Below, piece by piece: positions 1 through 8,541 of a stretch of DNA of 64,000 bases (the stretch's first letter is position 1; each line of letters opens with the position of its first letter). Both the position numbers and the translations under genes were made by a program. Under the pieces are notes generated by a model. It was not told where the DNA came from. It ran no database searches and saw only the letters and a program-made list of their open reading frames with translations. Source of the stretch: Pseudomonadota bacterium (GTDB taxonomy: Bacteria > Desulfobacterota > WTBG01 > JAPLJA01); assembly GCA_026388815.1 (NCBI GenBank), contig JAPLJA010000080.1:1838-65837 (forward strand), written 5' to 3'.

Positions 1-461
1 CTTCCAATCAAGGGCCCCAGGATCATCCCCAGCCCCATGGCGACGGTGATAGAGCCAATCTCCAGCCCCTTCTTTTTGGAGGTGTCTATCTGCTGGGCGG
101 CAAGCGGCTGAGCCGCCACCCAGGAGGCAGCAGAGCCAATCCCCTGGAATGCCCTGGCCAGAGAAAAAGTAAGGATGGATTCTGAAAGGATCAAAACGAG
201 ACAGGCTGCTGCAAGGCTGAACATGCCGATGCCGATGACGAGATGGTTTTTGCCGATCCTGTCAACCACGAAGCCAAAGGGGATGATCGTGAGCAGGAAG
301 GCAACCGGATAGGCTGCAAAGGCGTAACTGATAACGGCATCTGATGCCCCGAAGAGCTTGGCAAAGAGAGGAATGCTCGGCGCTATGATACTGTATCCCA
401 CCATGTCGGTAAAAATCACCGCACAGCAGACAAAGAGGACGAAGAGTCTGTTCGTGCTCAT
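1..461 (-). CDS. MFS-type transporter, N-terminal part (gene continues past the left edge)
   Basis: Not in the ORF track. My minus-strand translation from ATG at 459-461 gives MSTNRLFVLFVCCAVIFTDMVGYSIIAPSIPLF...VVDRIGKNHLV... It has hydrophobic helices and a D-R-x-G-K loop like MFS motif A. Confidence 0.65.
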   Translation of the reverse strand, partial: MSTNRLFVLFVCCAVIFTDMVGYSIIAPSIPLFAKLFGASDAVISYAFAAYPVAFLLTIIPFGFVVDRIGKNHLVIGIGMFSLAAACLVLILSESILTFSLARAFQGIGSAASWVAAQPLAAQQIDTSKKKGLEIGSITVAMGLGMILGPLIG

Positions 462-757
462 CCGATCTGTTCCCAGAGTGTTATCTCCACCGGCTCAACC
501 AGCAGCTCGTTAGCCTTCTTCAAAAAGGCTTTCAGATAGGGCTTCTTCAGGTGTTCGTCCAGGTCGTGCTTGCTCGCCCAGCTTTCATGTACCATAAAGA
601 GAGCCTTATTATCACCGCCCTGGTGCAGGTTGTACATAACGCAGCCGGATTCTGAACGGGTCGGCGCTATGAGCGCCGCGAGCTCTTGCCTGACCATCTC
701 CTCTTTCCCTTCCTTTGCCCTGACCCGGGCAATGACCGTAACGCCCTTGTTTGCCAT
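458..757 (-). CDS. Antibiotic-biosynthesis-monooxygenase (ABM/Dabb) domain protein, about 99 aa
   Basis: Internal Met of ORF 458..1000. MANKGVTVIARVRAKEGKEEMVRQEL...HESWASKHDLDEHLKKPYLKAF matches the ABM ferredoxin-like fold pattern. The upstream 81 codons look non-coding. Confidence 0.65.
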   Translation of the reverse strand: MANKGVTVIARVRAKEGKEEMVRQELAALIAPTRSESGCVMYNLHQGGDNKALFMVHESWASKHDLDEHLKKPYLKAFLKKANELLVEPVEITLWEQIG

Positions 758-1174
758 CGTGCTTCTCCTTTTTTCGGGTTTCTCGCTCCCGGTTCTTTTA
801 TACCGGAGAAGGCAATCTGTCAACCGAAAGGGCAGCCAGTCTCTAAAAACAGGGTTCCTCGTTGCTCGGCAATCCGCCTGAGGCGGAACAATTCTAACTC
901 TCGCTTCACTGCAAATTCGAAACTCGCTTCCGCTCAAACAGCCGAGTTTGCGGCCGTTCCGCTCGACAAGAATTGTTACCGAAAAAATCTTCATTCGCAC
1001 TCCGAACCCTGGTTTATTGACTTTTTCAGAGATCTCGCAGCGTTTGCCTTGACACTCGCAGCGTTTGACATCGCAGCGTTTGCCCCTTGCCTTTTATCTG
1101 CGAAGGTATTATAGAGGATTTTAAGCGGGAAATCCCTTGGGAGAGAGCGAGCAACATAAATGAGAGGAGGATTT

Positions 1175-1624
1175 ATGATTACGAAGATTCTTGTGCCAAC
1201 AGATGGTTCAGAGACAGCCGGGAAGTCTGTTAAATATGCAATCGGGCTGGCGAAACAAATGGGCTCTACGATAACACTGCTTGCTGTAGTTGATGATCGT
1301 TTCTTTATGGCCCAGTCAATTCCCAATGAAGCAACCTCAACCCGCCTCATAGAGCCGGTTGGTGATTATCTGCGACAGGCTGCCGAGGCTTATCTTGAAA
1401 AAGCTTCAAAACAATGTGAGAAAGGTGGCATTCAGTCAAAAAAGGTTATCAGGCATGGTCATCCAGCAGAGGAAATCGTGAAAGAGGCGGAGAAGTCAAA
1501 AGCAGACCTCATTATCATGGGATCCCACGGCAGAACCGCTCTGCAGGCAGCATTGCTTGGCAGTGTTACCTTTGGCGTAATCCATAAAGACACGAAAATA
1601 CCTGTGCTCGTGGTGAGAAAGTAA
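1175..1624 (+). CDS. Universal stress protein (UspA family)
   Basis: MITKILVPTDGSETAGKSVKYAI...ADLIIMGSHGRTALQAALLGSVTFGVIHKDTKIPVLVV. GAGAGGAGG lies upstream of the ATG at 1175. Confidence 0.85.
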   Translation: MITKILVPTDGSETAGKSVKYAIGLAKQMGSTITLLAVVDDRFFMAQSIPNEATSTRLIEPVGDYLRQAAEAYLEKASKQCEKGGIQSKKVIRHGHPAEEIVKEAEKSKADLIIMGSHGRTALQAALLGSVTFGVIHKDTKIPVLVVRK

Positions 1625-1673
1625 GGGGGCATGCCCTTCGTTTGTGTATGAAGGGATTATGGAGGAACGCTAA

Positions 1674-1787
1674 GGGGAGATTAACCGCCGCGTTGAAGAG
1701 GCACGCTACCTACAGCAAAAGATGCAAAATGAGCCGAACAGAGTGATCCCATCCGTCCTCTCTAAAACCTTTCGAGGGGAGTTGTAA
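1674..1787 (+). pseudogene. 3' remnant of a type I restriction-modification specificity subunit (hsdS-like)
   Basis: My translation gives GEINRRVEEARYLQQKMQNEPNRVIPSVLSKTFRGEL*. The ending resembles the conserved HsdS C-terminus (..ILxKAFxGEL). There is no start codon, and a stop lies immediately upstream. Confidence 0.35.
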
Positions 1788-1797
1788 AAAAACAGAC

Positions 1798-2727
1798 ATG
1801 ATAGAACTGCCGACTGGAACTAACCCAGAAATCGAAGCTGAAAGGCTTGTATTGAATGGATGTTACGTTGCGTTTATTGGCGCTGGGATGTCCAATCCAC
1901 CTGGAAAGCAGTGGAGAGAAACCGTCCATGACATTGCGCGCCGATGTAACGTTAAAACCAACAATAAAACTTTATACGACTTAATCGATGAATGCCAAGA
2001 AGCTAATTCTATCGAATATGAGAGGGCATTTCGGGAGCTTGTCCCAAAGCACGTACCCACCTCCAGAACAGCCTTGAACTACCTTCTCCGACTTCCCTTT
2101 AAATCATACGTGACAACAAATTTCGACCCATGGTTACATAACCTGTCAACAAGTACTAACATAGAGCGGGTGCACGCATACCCCGATCTTCCTTTGCACA
2201 AAGGCTTATCAAAAGCAATTTACTATCTGCATGGCTATTATGATTCGGATGACAGCATGTGTGACCCAAAGAGACTTGTGTTTGGTACCAAGACTTTTGA
2301 GCAAGCATATGGCTATGAAAGCCTTTTGCCGGGCTTCTTGCTCAACCTCTTTACCTATGAACACATTTTATTCTTAGGCTTTAATCCATCAGAAAAAAAT
2401 ATTAGCGATCTTCTAAAAAAAGCTAACAGCATTCGGAAATCTTTCATTGACGTTAGAAATCTCAAAAAACCTAAACGGTACATCTTTTTCCCCTTATTCA
2501 ACGTATCTGATAAGGAAAAACAAGCTAAGTGGGATGCTGAAATCGAACAACTTACATCTCTGGAAATCATTCCGATTCTATACGAGGCTGAGGGCGAAGA
2601 TTACATCGGACTCGAAAAAATCCTTTATAATTGGGTGCAACATGGTGAACTCAAGAATAGACCCGCTCCCTTTAAGGCCGGTTTTGATTTATTTCAGCCT
2701 CAAGATAACATAGAGGACCAACAATGA
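1798..2727 (+). CDS. SIR2-like (SIR2_2 family) protein, predicted NAD+-consuming effector
   Basis: Ordered motifs FIGAGMS (Rossmann/NAD), VTTNFDPW (catalytic N/D), YYLHGYY (catalytic H) and LFLGFNPSE. The stop overlaps the next start (ATGA). Confidence 0.75.
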   Translation: MIELPTGTNPEIEAERLVLNGCYVAFIGAGMSNPPGKQWRETVHDIARRCNVKTNNKTLYDLIDECQEANSIEYERAFRELVPKHVPTSRTALNYLLRLPFKSYVTTNFDPWLHNLSTSTNIERVHAYPDLPLHKGLSKAIYYLHGYYDSDDSMCDPKRLVFGTKTFEQAYGYESLLPGFLLNLFTYEHILFLGFNPSEKNISDLLKKANSIRKSFIDVRNLKKPKRYIFFPLFNVSDKEKQAKWDAEIEQLTSLEIIPILYEAEGEDYIGLEKILYNWVQHGELKNRPAPFKAGFDLFQPQDNIEDQQ

Positions 2728-5675
2728 GTCAAATGAAATTTTTCGACCTAATAAATGAAATAGATTTGCTACTCTTGAGAAAGCCTACTGATGAAGATTG
2801 TTTGACACAACTTGTAAAACTCGTCACAGATGATGGGTTACGTCGATATTTCTTTGACCATTTGGAAAACCCAGAGTGGATTGGACCACTTAAATCAAAA
2901 GGTTTCTTCAGCAATCCGCCAAAACCAAATCGAGATGAGGATAGGGGTACAATTGGTTTTCCACCCTGGCCTGAATCTCGCTATCTCGCGAGAATGGCAT
3001 CACTTAGTCCCGAGACCGTGACAGAAGTTCTTCTTCAAATTCCTGATACTGATAATGTCAGTGTTCTTGAAGATCTGGTAGATGCTGCATTAAAAATGCC
3101 CCCAGATATCGTGGCCCGGTTAGTGGAAAAAGCTACAGAATGGGCTAGATCCCCATATCAACTTCTTCTACCACGAAAATTAGGTTCGCTTATCGCTCAC
3201 TTTGCAAAAGGTGGACAAGTTGCGGCATCGTTAGACCTCGCAGGTATACTTCTTGAAGTTTTGCCTGATCCCACACAGAAAGATAAATCTGAAACAGAAG
3301 GAGGCTATCGTCTCCCTCCACAGCCGAGAGCACGATTTGATATATGGGAATATCAAAAGATTCTCGAAAAGGATTTTCCCGAGCTTGTTAAATTGGCAGG
3401 ATTACCTGCATTTCAACTGCTCTGTGATCTTCTTGAAACAACTGTTCGTCTTTCACAAAGACGTACAGACAACAAGGGTCCAGAAGATTATTCTCATATC
3501 TGGCGCCCGGCCATTGAAGAGCATGAACAGAACCAACTCTATAGGCTTGAAGATATGTTGGTTTCTGGTGTCCGTGATACAGCCGTTTTTTTAGCAGAAA
3601 CTAAAAAGACCGAAGTTTCCGAACTCATTAAAATTCTTGAGGGTCGGCCTTGGAAGATTTTCTGGCGTATGGCCCTTCATATCATAAGGCTATTTTCAGA
3701 TGAAGTACCCAATATTGTTGCTTCCAAGCTTACTGATCAGGAATTATTTGACGATTACGTGATGCGCCATGAGTATGCACTTCTTTCAGATAAATGTTTT
3801 GGATCGCTTTCACCAGAGCAACAACAGGTTATTTTAAGTTGGATCAAAAAAGCACCTGATCTCCAGGATTTTATTGAATCCCGTGAACAGATGACTGGTA
3901 AGCGACCAACAGACGAAGATGCAGAAAAATACCGAAAGAGATGGCAACTCAGTCGTCTCTCTTGGTTCAAAAGGCATCTCTCTGGAGAATGGAAACAGTA
4001 CTATGATTCCTTGCTGTCAGAATTAGGAGAACCAGAACACCCCGATTTTTTAAGCTACAGTGGCGCAACATGGGTGGGTCCCGCCAGCCCTAAAAGCACG
4101 GAAGAACTTCAGAATATGTCAGTGACTGATATAGTCGTTTTTCTGCAAAACTGGCAACATTCTGGAGATACGAGGGCACCATCACCCGACGGGCTATCTC
4201 GGGAGTTATCAATCGTTGTAGCCCAAGAGCCCAGAAGGTTTTCAACAGAATCTCCGAGGTTTAGAGGACTCGATCCTACCTATGTACGTGGATTGATCAT
4301 AGGCTTTCGTGATGCCCTCAAGCAAAAGCGTACATTTGAGTGGCAACCTGTGTTTGATTTGTGCCAATGGGCGGTTAAACAGCCCTTAGATATTCAAGGT
4401 CAATCTAATAGAATGCAAGATTCTGACCCTGATTGGGGCTGGACACGCAGATCTATTGTCGATCTTCTTTCATCTGGGTTTGAGGAAGGTGAAGGATGTA
4501 TTCATTTTGATCACCGTGGGATAGTTTGGAGTATTTTAAAACCACTTACTGATGATCCTGACCCGACTCCCGAACATGAAGCGAGCTATGGAGGTTCCAA
4601 TATGGATCCAACTTCGCTTTCTATTAATACCACTCGGGGCGAGGCAATGCACACGGTCATACGATATGCCTTGTGGGTCAGCAGACACTTTGAAAAATTA
4701 CCAGATGGTAAAAAAAGGCTTTCCCGGGGATTCAATGAAATGCCAGAAGTAAGAACCATTTTAGAAAAACATCTCGATATATCACAAGACCCGTCACTTG
4801 CAATTCGTTCGGTTTATGGGCAATGGTTTCCCTGGATCGTTCTGCTTGATATGGATTGGGCGAGAAATCACACTAACCAAATTTTTCCTAGCACCGAATC
4901 TGAGAAAGCGTTTTGCGAGGCCGCATGGGATGCATATATCGTATTTTGTCCTCCGTATGACAACGTGTTTGGTATCCTCAGGAAGCAGTACATCGAAGCG
5001 ATTAAAAAGCTAAAAATAGACGCTGAAGAAAAGAGAGGATTGGCTGATCCTCAGGAGAGACTTGCTGAACATCTTATGGCATATTGCTGGCGTGGAATAA
5101 TCAATTTAAAAGACCCCATTCTCACGGAATTCTGGGAACGAGCATCTGACAAGGTAAGAGGGCATGCAATTGCGTATGTTGGAGAAAATCTTCATAGATG
5201 GAAAAAACCGGTGCCGCCTGAAATCTTAAAAAGGTTGCGGGTTCTCTGGGAAACCCGTGTTGCCATTGCAACATCTGCGCCCAACAACCATAAATCAGAA
5301 ATGGCAGCTTTTGGCTGGTGGTTTGCATCGAAGAAATTTGAGAATAAATGGGCCATTAATCAACTTATTGCTGCGCTTAGGCTTACAGGTAACATTGAAC
5401 CCGATCATCTTGTCGCAGAGTGTTTGGCCTCTATTTCTCAAGAGATGCCCAGGGAAACTCTGCAATGCTTTGAGTTAATGATTAAGGGTGACCAAGAGGG
5501 ATGGAGAATCTATGACTGGCGTGAACATTTGAGGATAGTCCTATCGAATACACTTCAAAGTTCCGATCCAGAAACTGTCTCCGCTGCTGAAGATTTCATC
5601 CATTATCTTGGTAGCAAAGGTTGCTTTGAATTCCGCGATCTCCTCCGGAGTAAAAGAGACTCTGATAATAAATGA
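2724..5675 (+). CDS. 983-aa Trp-rich, apparently all-alpha (ARM/HEAT-like) protein of unknown function
   Basis: Long uninterrupted ORF, 4-bp-coupled to the genes on both sides. I could not recognise a P-loop, nuclease, protease or HEPN motif. Confidence 0.8.
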   Translation: MSQMKFFDLINEIDLLLLRKPTDEDCLTQLVKLVTDDGLRRYFFDHLENPEWIGPLKSKGFFSNPPKPNRDEDRGTIGFPPWPESRYLARMASLSPETVTEVLLQIPDTDNVSVLEDLVDAALKMPPDIVARLVEKATEWARSPYQLLLPRKLGSLIAHFAKGGQVAASLDLAGILLEVLPDPTQKDKSETEGGYRLPPQPRARFDIWEYQKILEKDFPELVKLAGLPAFQLLCDLLETTVRLSQRRTDNKGPEDYSHIWRPAIEEHEQNQLYRLEDMLVSGVRDTAVFLAETKKTEVSELIKILEGRPWKIFWRMALHIIRLFSDEVPNIVASKLTDQELFDDYVMRHEYALLSDKCFGSLSPEQQQVILSWIKKAPDLQDFIESREQMTGKRPTDEDAEKYRKRWQLSRLSWFKRHLSGEWKQYYDSLLSELGEPEHPDFLSYSGATWVGPASPKSTEELQNMSVTDIVVFLQNWQHSGDTRAPSPDGLSRELSIVVAQEPRRFSTESPRFRGLDPTYVRGLIIGFRDALKQKRTFEWQPVFDLCQWAVKQPLDIQGQSNRMQDSDPDWGWTRRSIVDLLSSGFEEGEGCIHFDHRGIVWSILKPLTDDPDPTPEHEASYGGSNMDPTSLSINTTRGEAMHTVIRYALWVSRHFEKLPDGKKRLSRGFNEMPEVRTILEKHLDISQDPSLAIRSVYGQWFPWIVLLDMDWARNHTNQIFPSTESEKAFCEAAWDAYIVFCPPYDNVFGILRKQYIEAIKKLKIDAEEKRGLADPQERLAEHLMAYCWRGIINLKDPILTEFWERASDKVRGHAIAYVGENLHRWKKPVPPEILKRLRVLWETRVAIATSAPNNHKSEMAAFGWWFASKKFENKWAINQLIAALRLTGNIEPDHLVAECLASISQEMPRETLQCFELMIKGDQEGWRIYDWREHLRIVLSNTLQSSDPETVSAAEDFIHYLGSKGCFEFRDLLRSKRDSDNK

Positions 5676-6091
5676 AAAAATCTTCCCGTTACGATACCCC
5701 CACCCTCATTGAAGCCCAATTTGAACCTGGTTCCCGCGGCCGGGTACTGAAAAATTTGTTGGGTATTAAAAGCAAGGCAGAGATGGATCGGGTTGAGGCG
5801 GAAGCATTGAAAAGGACTGTGGATGCGTTCGTTCGGGCTTGTGAAAGATCATATCGGTTTACCGCCTCAGGCATCTGCAAAATACACAAGGTGTGGCTGG
5901 GGGGAATTTATGAGTGGGCCGGTAACTACAGAAAAATTAATCTCAGCAAAGGAAAGTTTACCCTTGCATCCGCTATGCAGATTCCTACCTTAATGGAGGA
6001 ATTTGAGAAAGGGCCGCTGTATAAACAGGGACCAGCATTGGGGGCGGGTTCATATTTCTCATATTTCTGTGTACCAGAATGGGCAGGATAG
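5672..6091 (+). pseudogene. Fic/DOC family protein, N-terminal fragment lacking the HxFx(D/E)GNGR motif
   Basis: CKIHKVWLGGIYEWAGNYRKINLSKGKF parallels the E. coli Fic segment IHRQLYQDIFDWAGQLREVDI. The ORF ends before the catalytic loop. Its ATGA overlaps the upstream stop. Confidence 0.55.
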
Positions 6092-6109
6092 TCAGGAAGA
6101 GGATGACGC

Positions 6110-7798
6110 ATGACCCGTGAGGAACTCCTCCAACTGATCACTGAAGTCCAGCGCCACCAGAGCGAGCTGGACGATATAGAAGTAAAATCAGCGCACGGCG
6201 GAACACCACAACGGCTGTATGAGTCCCTCTCTGCATTTGCCAACCGTCCAGGCGGCGGGGTAATGCTGTTTGGACTGGAGGAGGATCGGAATTTTGAAAT
6301 CGTTGGCGTCAGCAATGCACATGATCTACAAAAAATTATCAGTGATTTGGCATCATCTGAAATGGAGCCGCCTTTACGCCCTGACTTTACCGTCGAAGAC
6401 ATTGACGGAAACACGGTCGTAGCCGTTGAGATCTCTGAAATTCCTGCAGAGCAAAAACCGTGTTACTACAAACCGAAAGGTCTGCACAAGGGTTCCTACA
6501 TTCGGGTAGGAAACACGAACCGGCAGATGACGGATTATGAAATCTTTGGCTATGTGAGCGCCCGGACACAACCCACATTCGATGAAGAACCGGTGAAGGA
6601 TGTCACCCTTGAAGACCTGAATCGAGAGAAACTCGATGATTATTTAGTGCAGTTAAGACGAACCCGGCCCGATGCATCATATTTAAACCAGTCATTTGAA
6701 CAGGTGCTGTCACAACTGCGAATCACTCAAAAAGTTGAAGGAGTGCTCCGCCCGACACTGGCCGGCTTACTGGTGTTCGGTAACTACCCCCAGGCCTTCG
6801 AACCCCAACTGGTGATAACCTTCTTACAGTACTACGGCACAACTGAGACAGAAAAGACCCCGCGCGGTGAGCGGTTTTTAGACAACCGTAAATTTGAAGG
6901 AACGATTCCGGAAATGGTAGAAAATGCTGCCAGACATGTGCTGGCAAGTATCCGCAAAAGCAGTCTCATTGAAGGGTTATGGCGACGTGACATACCGGAA
7001 TATCCTGAGGAGGCTATACGCGAAGCAGTGGTAAACGCAGTAGCACACCGTGACTACAGCAGCTTTGTGCGCGGGAGTTACATCCAGATTCGTCTGTTTG
7101 CCGATCGGTTAGAAATCCAGAACCCAGGGGGTTTGTATGGAAACGTGACGGAAGAAACACTCGAAGAAGAGCAGTCCACCCGCAACCGTGTCTTGATGCG
7201 ACTTATGGAGGACTTGCACCTTGTTGAAAATCGCGGTAGCGGCATTCAAACAATGCTCTCAGCAATGCGCAAAGCCAACCTGGAGCCACCAAAATTTCAG
7301 GACAAAAGATCATCCTTCTGGGTAACGTTTTACAGCCATACATTGATGAGCCCGGATGCAATTACATGGCTGAACCAGTTTGCCGGCTTCCCACTCAATG
7401 ATACACAGCGACTTGCACTTGTATACCTTCGGCACAATAAAAATATGACAAATAGCGACTTCCAACGTTTGAATCACGTGGATTCAGTGACTGCCAATCG
7501 GGAGTTGCGGGGGCTTGTGCAATTGGGTTTAATTGAACAACACGGCACCAGGCGATGGGCATCTTATACCCTGAGGGTACCTGCTGAAGTGAAAATCCCT
7601 ACACCAGCACCACCTAAGACCGATGAAGAAAAGATTTTAGCCTACGTGCAAGAACATGGGTTCATCACTAATTCTGATTGTCGCAATTCGCTTCGTGTAG
7701 AAATTCAGCGTGCCTCTTATTTACTTAAGAAAATGGTCAGAAATAGTTTATTGGAGCGTGAAGGAAAGGGTCGTTGGGCGCGTTACCGTCTACCATAG
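6110..7798 (+). CDS. AlbA_2 (Schlafen-like) + HATPase_c_4 + C-terminal wHTH protein (COG2865-type)
   Basis: N-terminal ELDDIEVKSAHGG...LSAFANRPGGGVMLFGLEEDRNFEIVGV (AlbA_2). Central REAVVNAVAHRDYS...LEIQNPGGL (HATPase_c_4). Helix-turn-helix-like tail. Confidence 0.75.
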   Translation: MTREELLQLITEVQRHQSELDDIEVKSAHGGTPQRLYESLSAFANRPGGGVMLFGLEEDRNFEIVGVSNAHDLQKIISDLASSEMEPPLRPDFTVEDIDGNTVVAVEISEIPAEQKPCYYKPKGLHKGSYIRVGNTNRQMTDYEIFGYVSARTQPTFDEEPVKDVTLEDLNREKLDDYLVQLRRTRPDASYLNQSFEQVLSQLRITQKVEGVLRPTLAGLLVFGNYPQAFEPQLVITFLQYYGTTETEKTPRGERFLDNRKFEGTIPEMVENAARHVLASIRKSSLIEGLWRRDIPEYPEEAIREAVVNAVAHRDYSSFVRGSYIQIRLFADRLEIQNPGGLYGNVTEETLEEEQSTRNRVLMRLMEDLHLVENRGSGIQTMLSAMRKANLEPPKFQDKRSSFWVTFYSHTLMSPDAITWLNQFAGFPLNDTQRLALVYLRHNKNMTNSDFQRLNHVDSVTANRELRGLVQLGLIEQHGTRRWASYTLRVPAEVKIPTPAPPKTDEEKILAYVQEHGFITNSDCRNSLRVEIQRASYLLKKMVRNSLLEREGKGRWARYRLP

Positions 7799-7886
7799 CA
7801 GTCTATTAGCAGTCTATTAGCAATCAATTTATAATTCTTTCTAATAGAATTTGAAAAAAACAAATTCTTTTATAAAACAAAATGTT

Positions 7887-8492
7887 ATGAATACCTTTAT
7901 CGAAAAGGGTACCTCACTTTATCCCTCAAAACTTCAACATTTTTTGGGCAAACAAACCCCAAGAGTCATCTCAACGCTGGGCAATCTTGATATCCTTCAG
8001 CACAAACTGCTAGCGATTTTCTGTTCAGTGAAGTGTCCCGGTACCCTAATCATACAGACCTATGATTTTGCCCAGAGCTTGAAGGAAAAAGAGATAACAG
8101 TTATCGGGGGATTCCACTCCCCCATTGAACAGGAGTGTTTGAGAATTTTTCTGCGGGGGAACCAGCCTATCATTCTGTGTCCTGCCCGAAGCATCAATGG
8201 AATGAGGATAAGGGCAGAATACAAAAAGCCACTTGAGGAAGGCAGACTATTATTTCTATCACTGTTTACAGATAAGCAGCGCCGCGTCACGGCAGACACA
8301 GCCCTTTTACGGAATTACTTTGTTGCCGCCCTTGCCGATTCTGTGTTCATTGCCTACGCCGCACCCCATAGCAAAACTGAATGGTTCTGTCAGGAGATTG
8401 TCACATGGGGGAAATCACTTTATGCTTTTACAAATGAATGCAATGCTAATCTCATTAAATTGGGTGCACAATCACTTAATAGTCGTTTATGA
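7887..8492 (+). CDS. DprA/Smf-like (SLOG Rossmann) domain protein
   Basis: ISTLGNLDILQHKLLAIFCSVKCPG...ITVIGGFHSPIEQECLRIFL...ILCPARSI resembles the DprA Rossmann core. Start taken as ATG 7887 rather than the track's TTG 7851. Confidence 0.5.
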   Translation: MNTFIEKGTSLYPSKLQHFLGKQTPRVISTLGNLDILQHKLLAIFCSVKCPGTLIIQTYDFAQSLKEKEITVIGGFHSPIEQECLRIFLRGNQPIILCPARSINGMRIRAEYKKPLEEGRLLFLSLFTDKQRRVTADTALLRNYFVAALADSVFIAYAAPHSKTEWFCQEIVTWGKSLYAFTNECNANLIKLGAQSLNSRL

Positions 8493-8541
8493 AGACAAAC
8501 AGAAAGGCAAAATGACTTAATCACTGAAAGAGAGGTTAATT

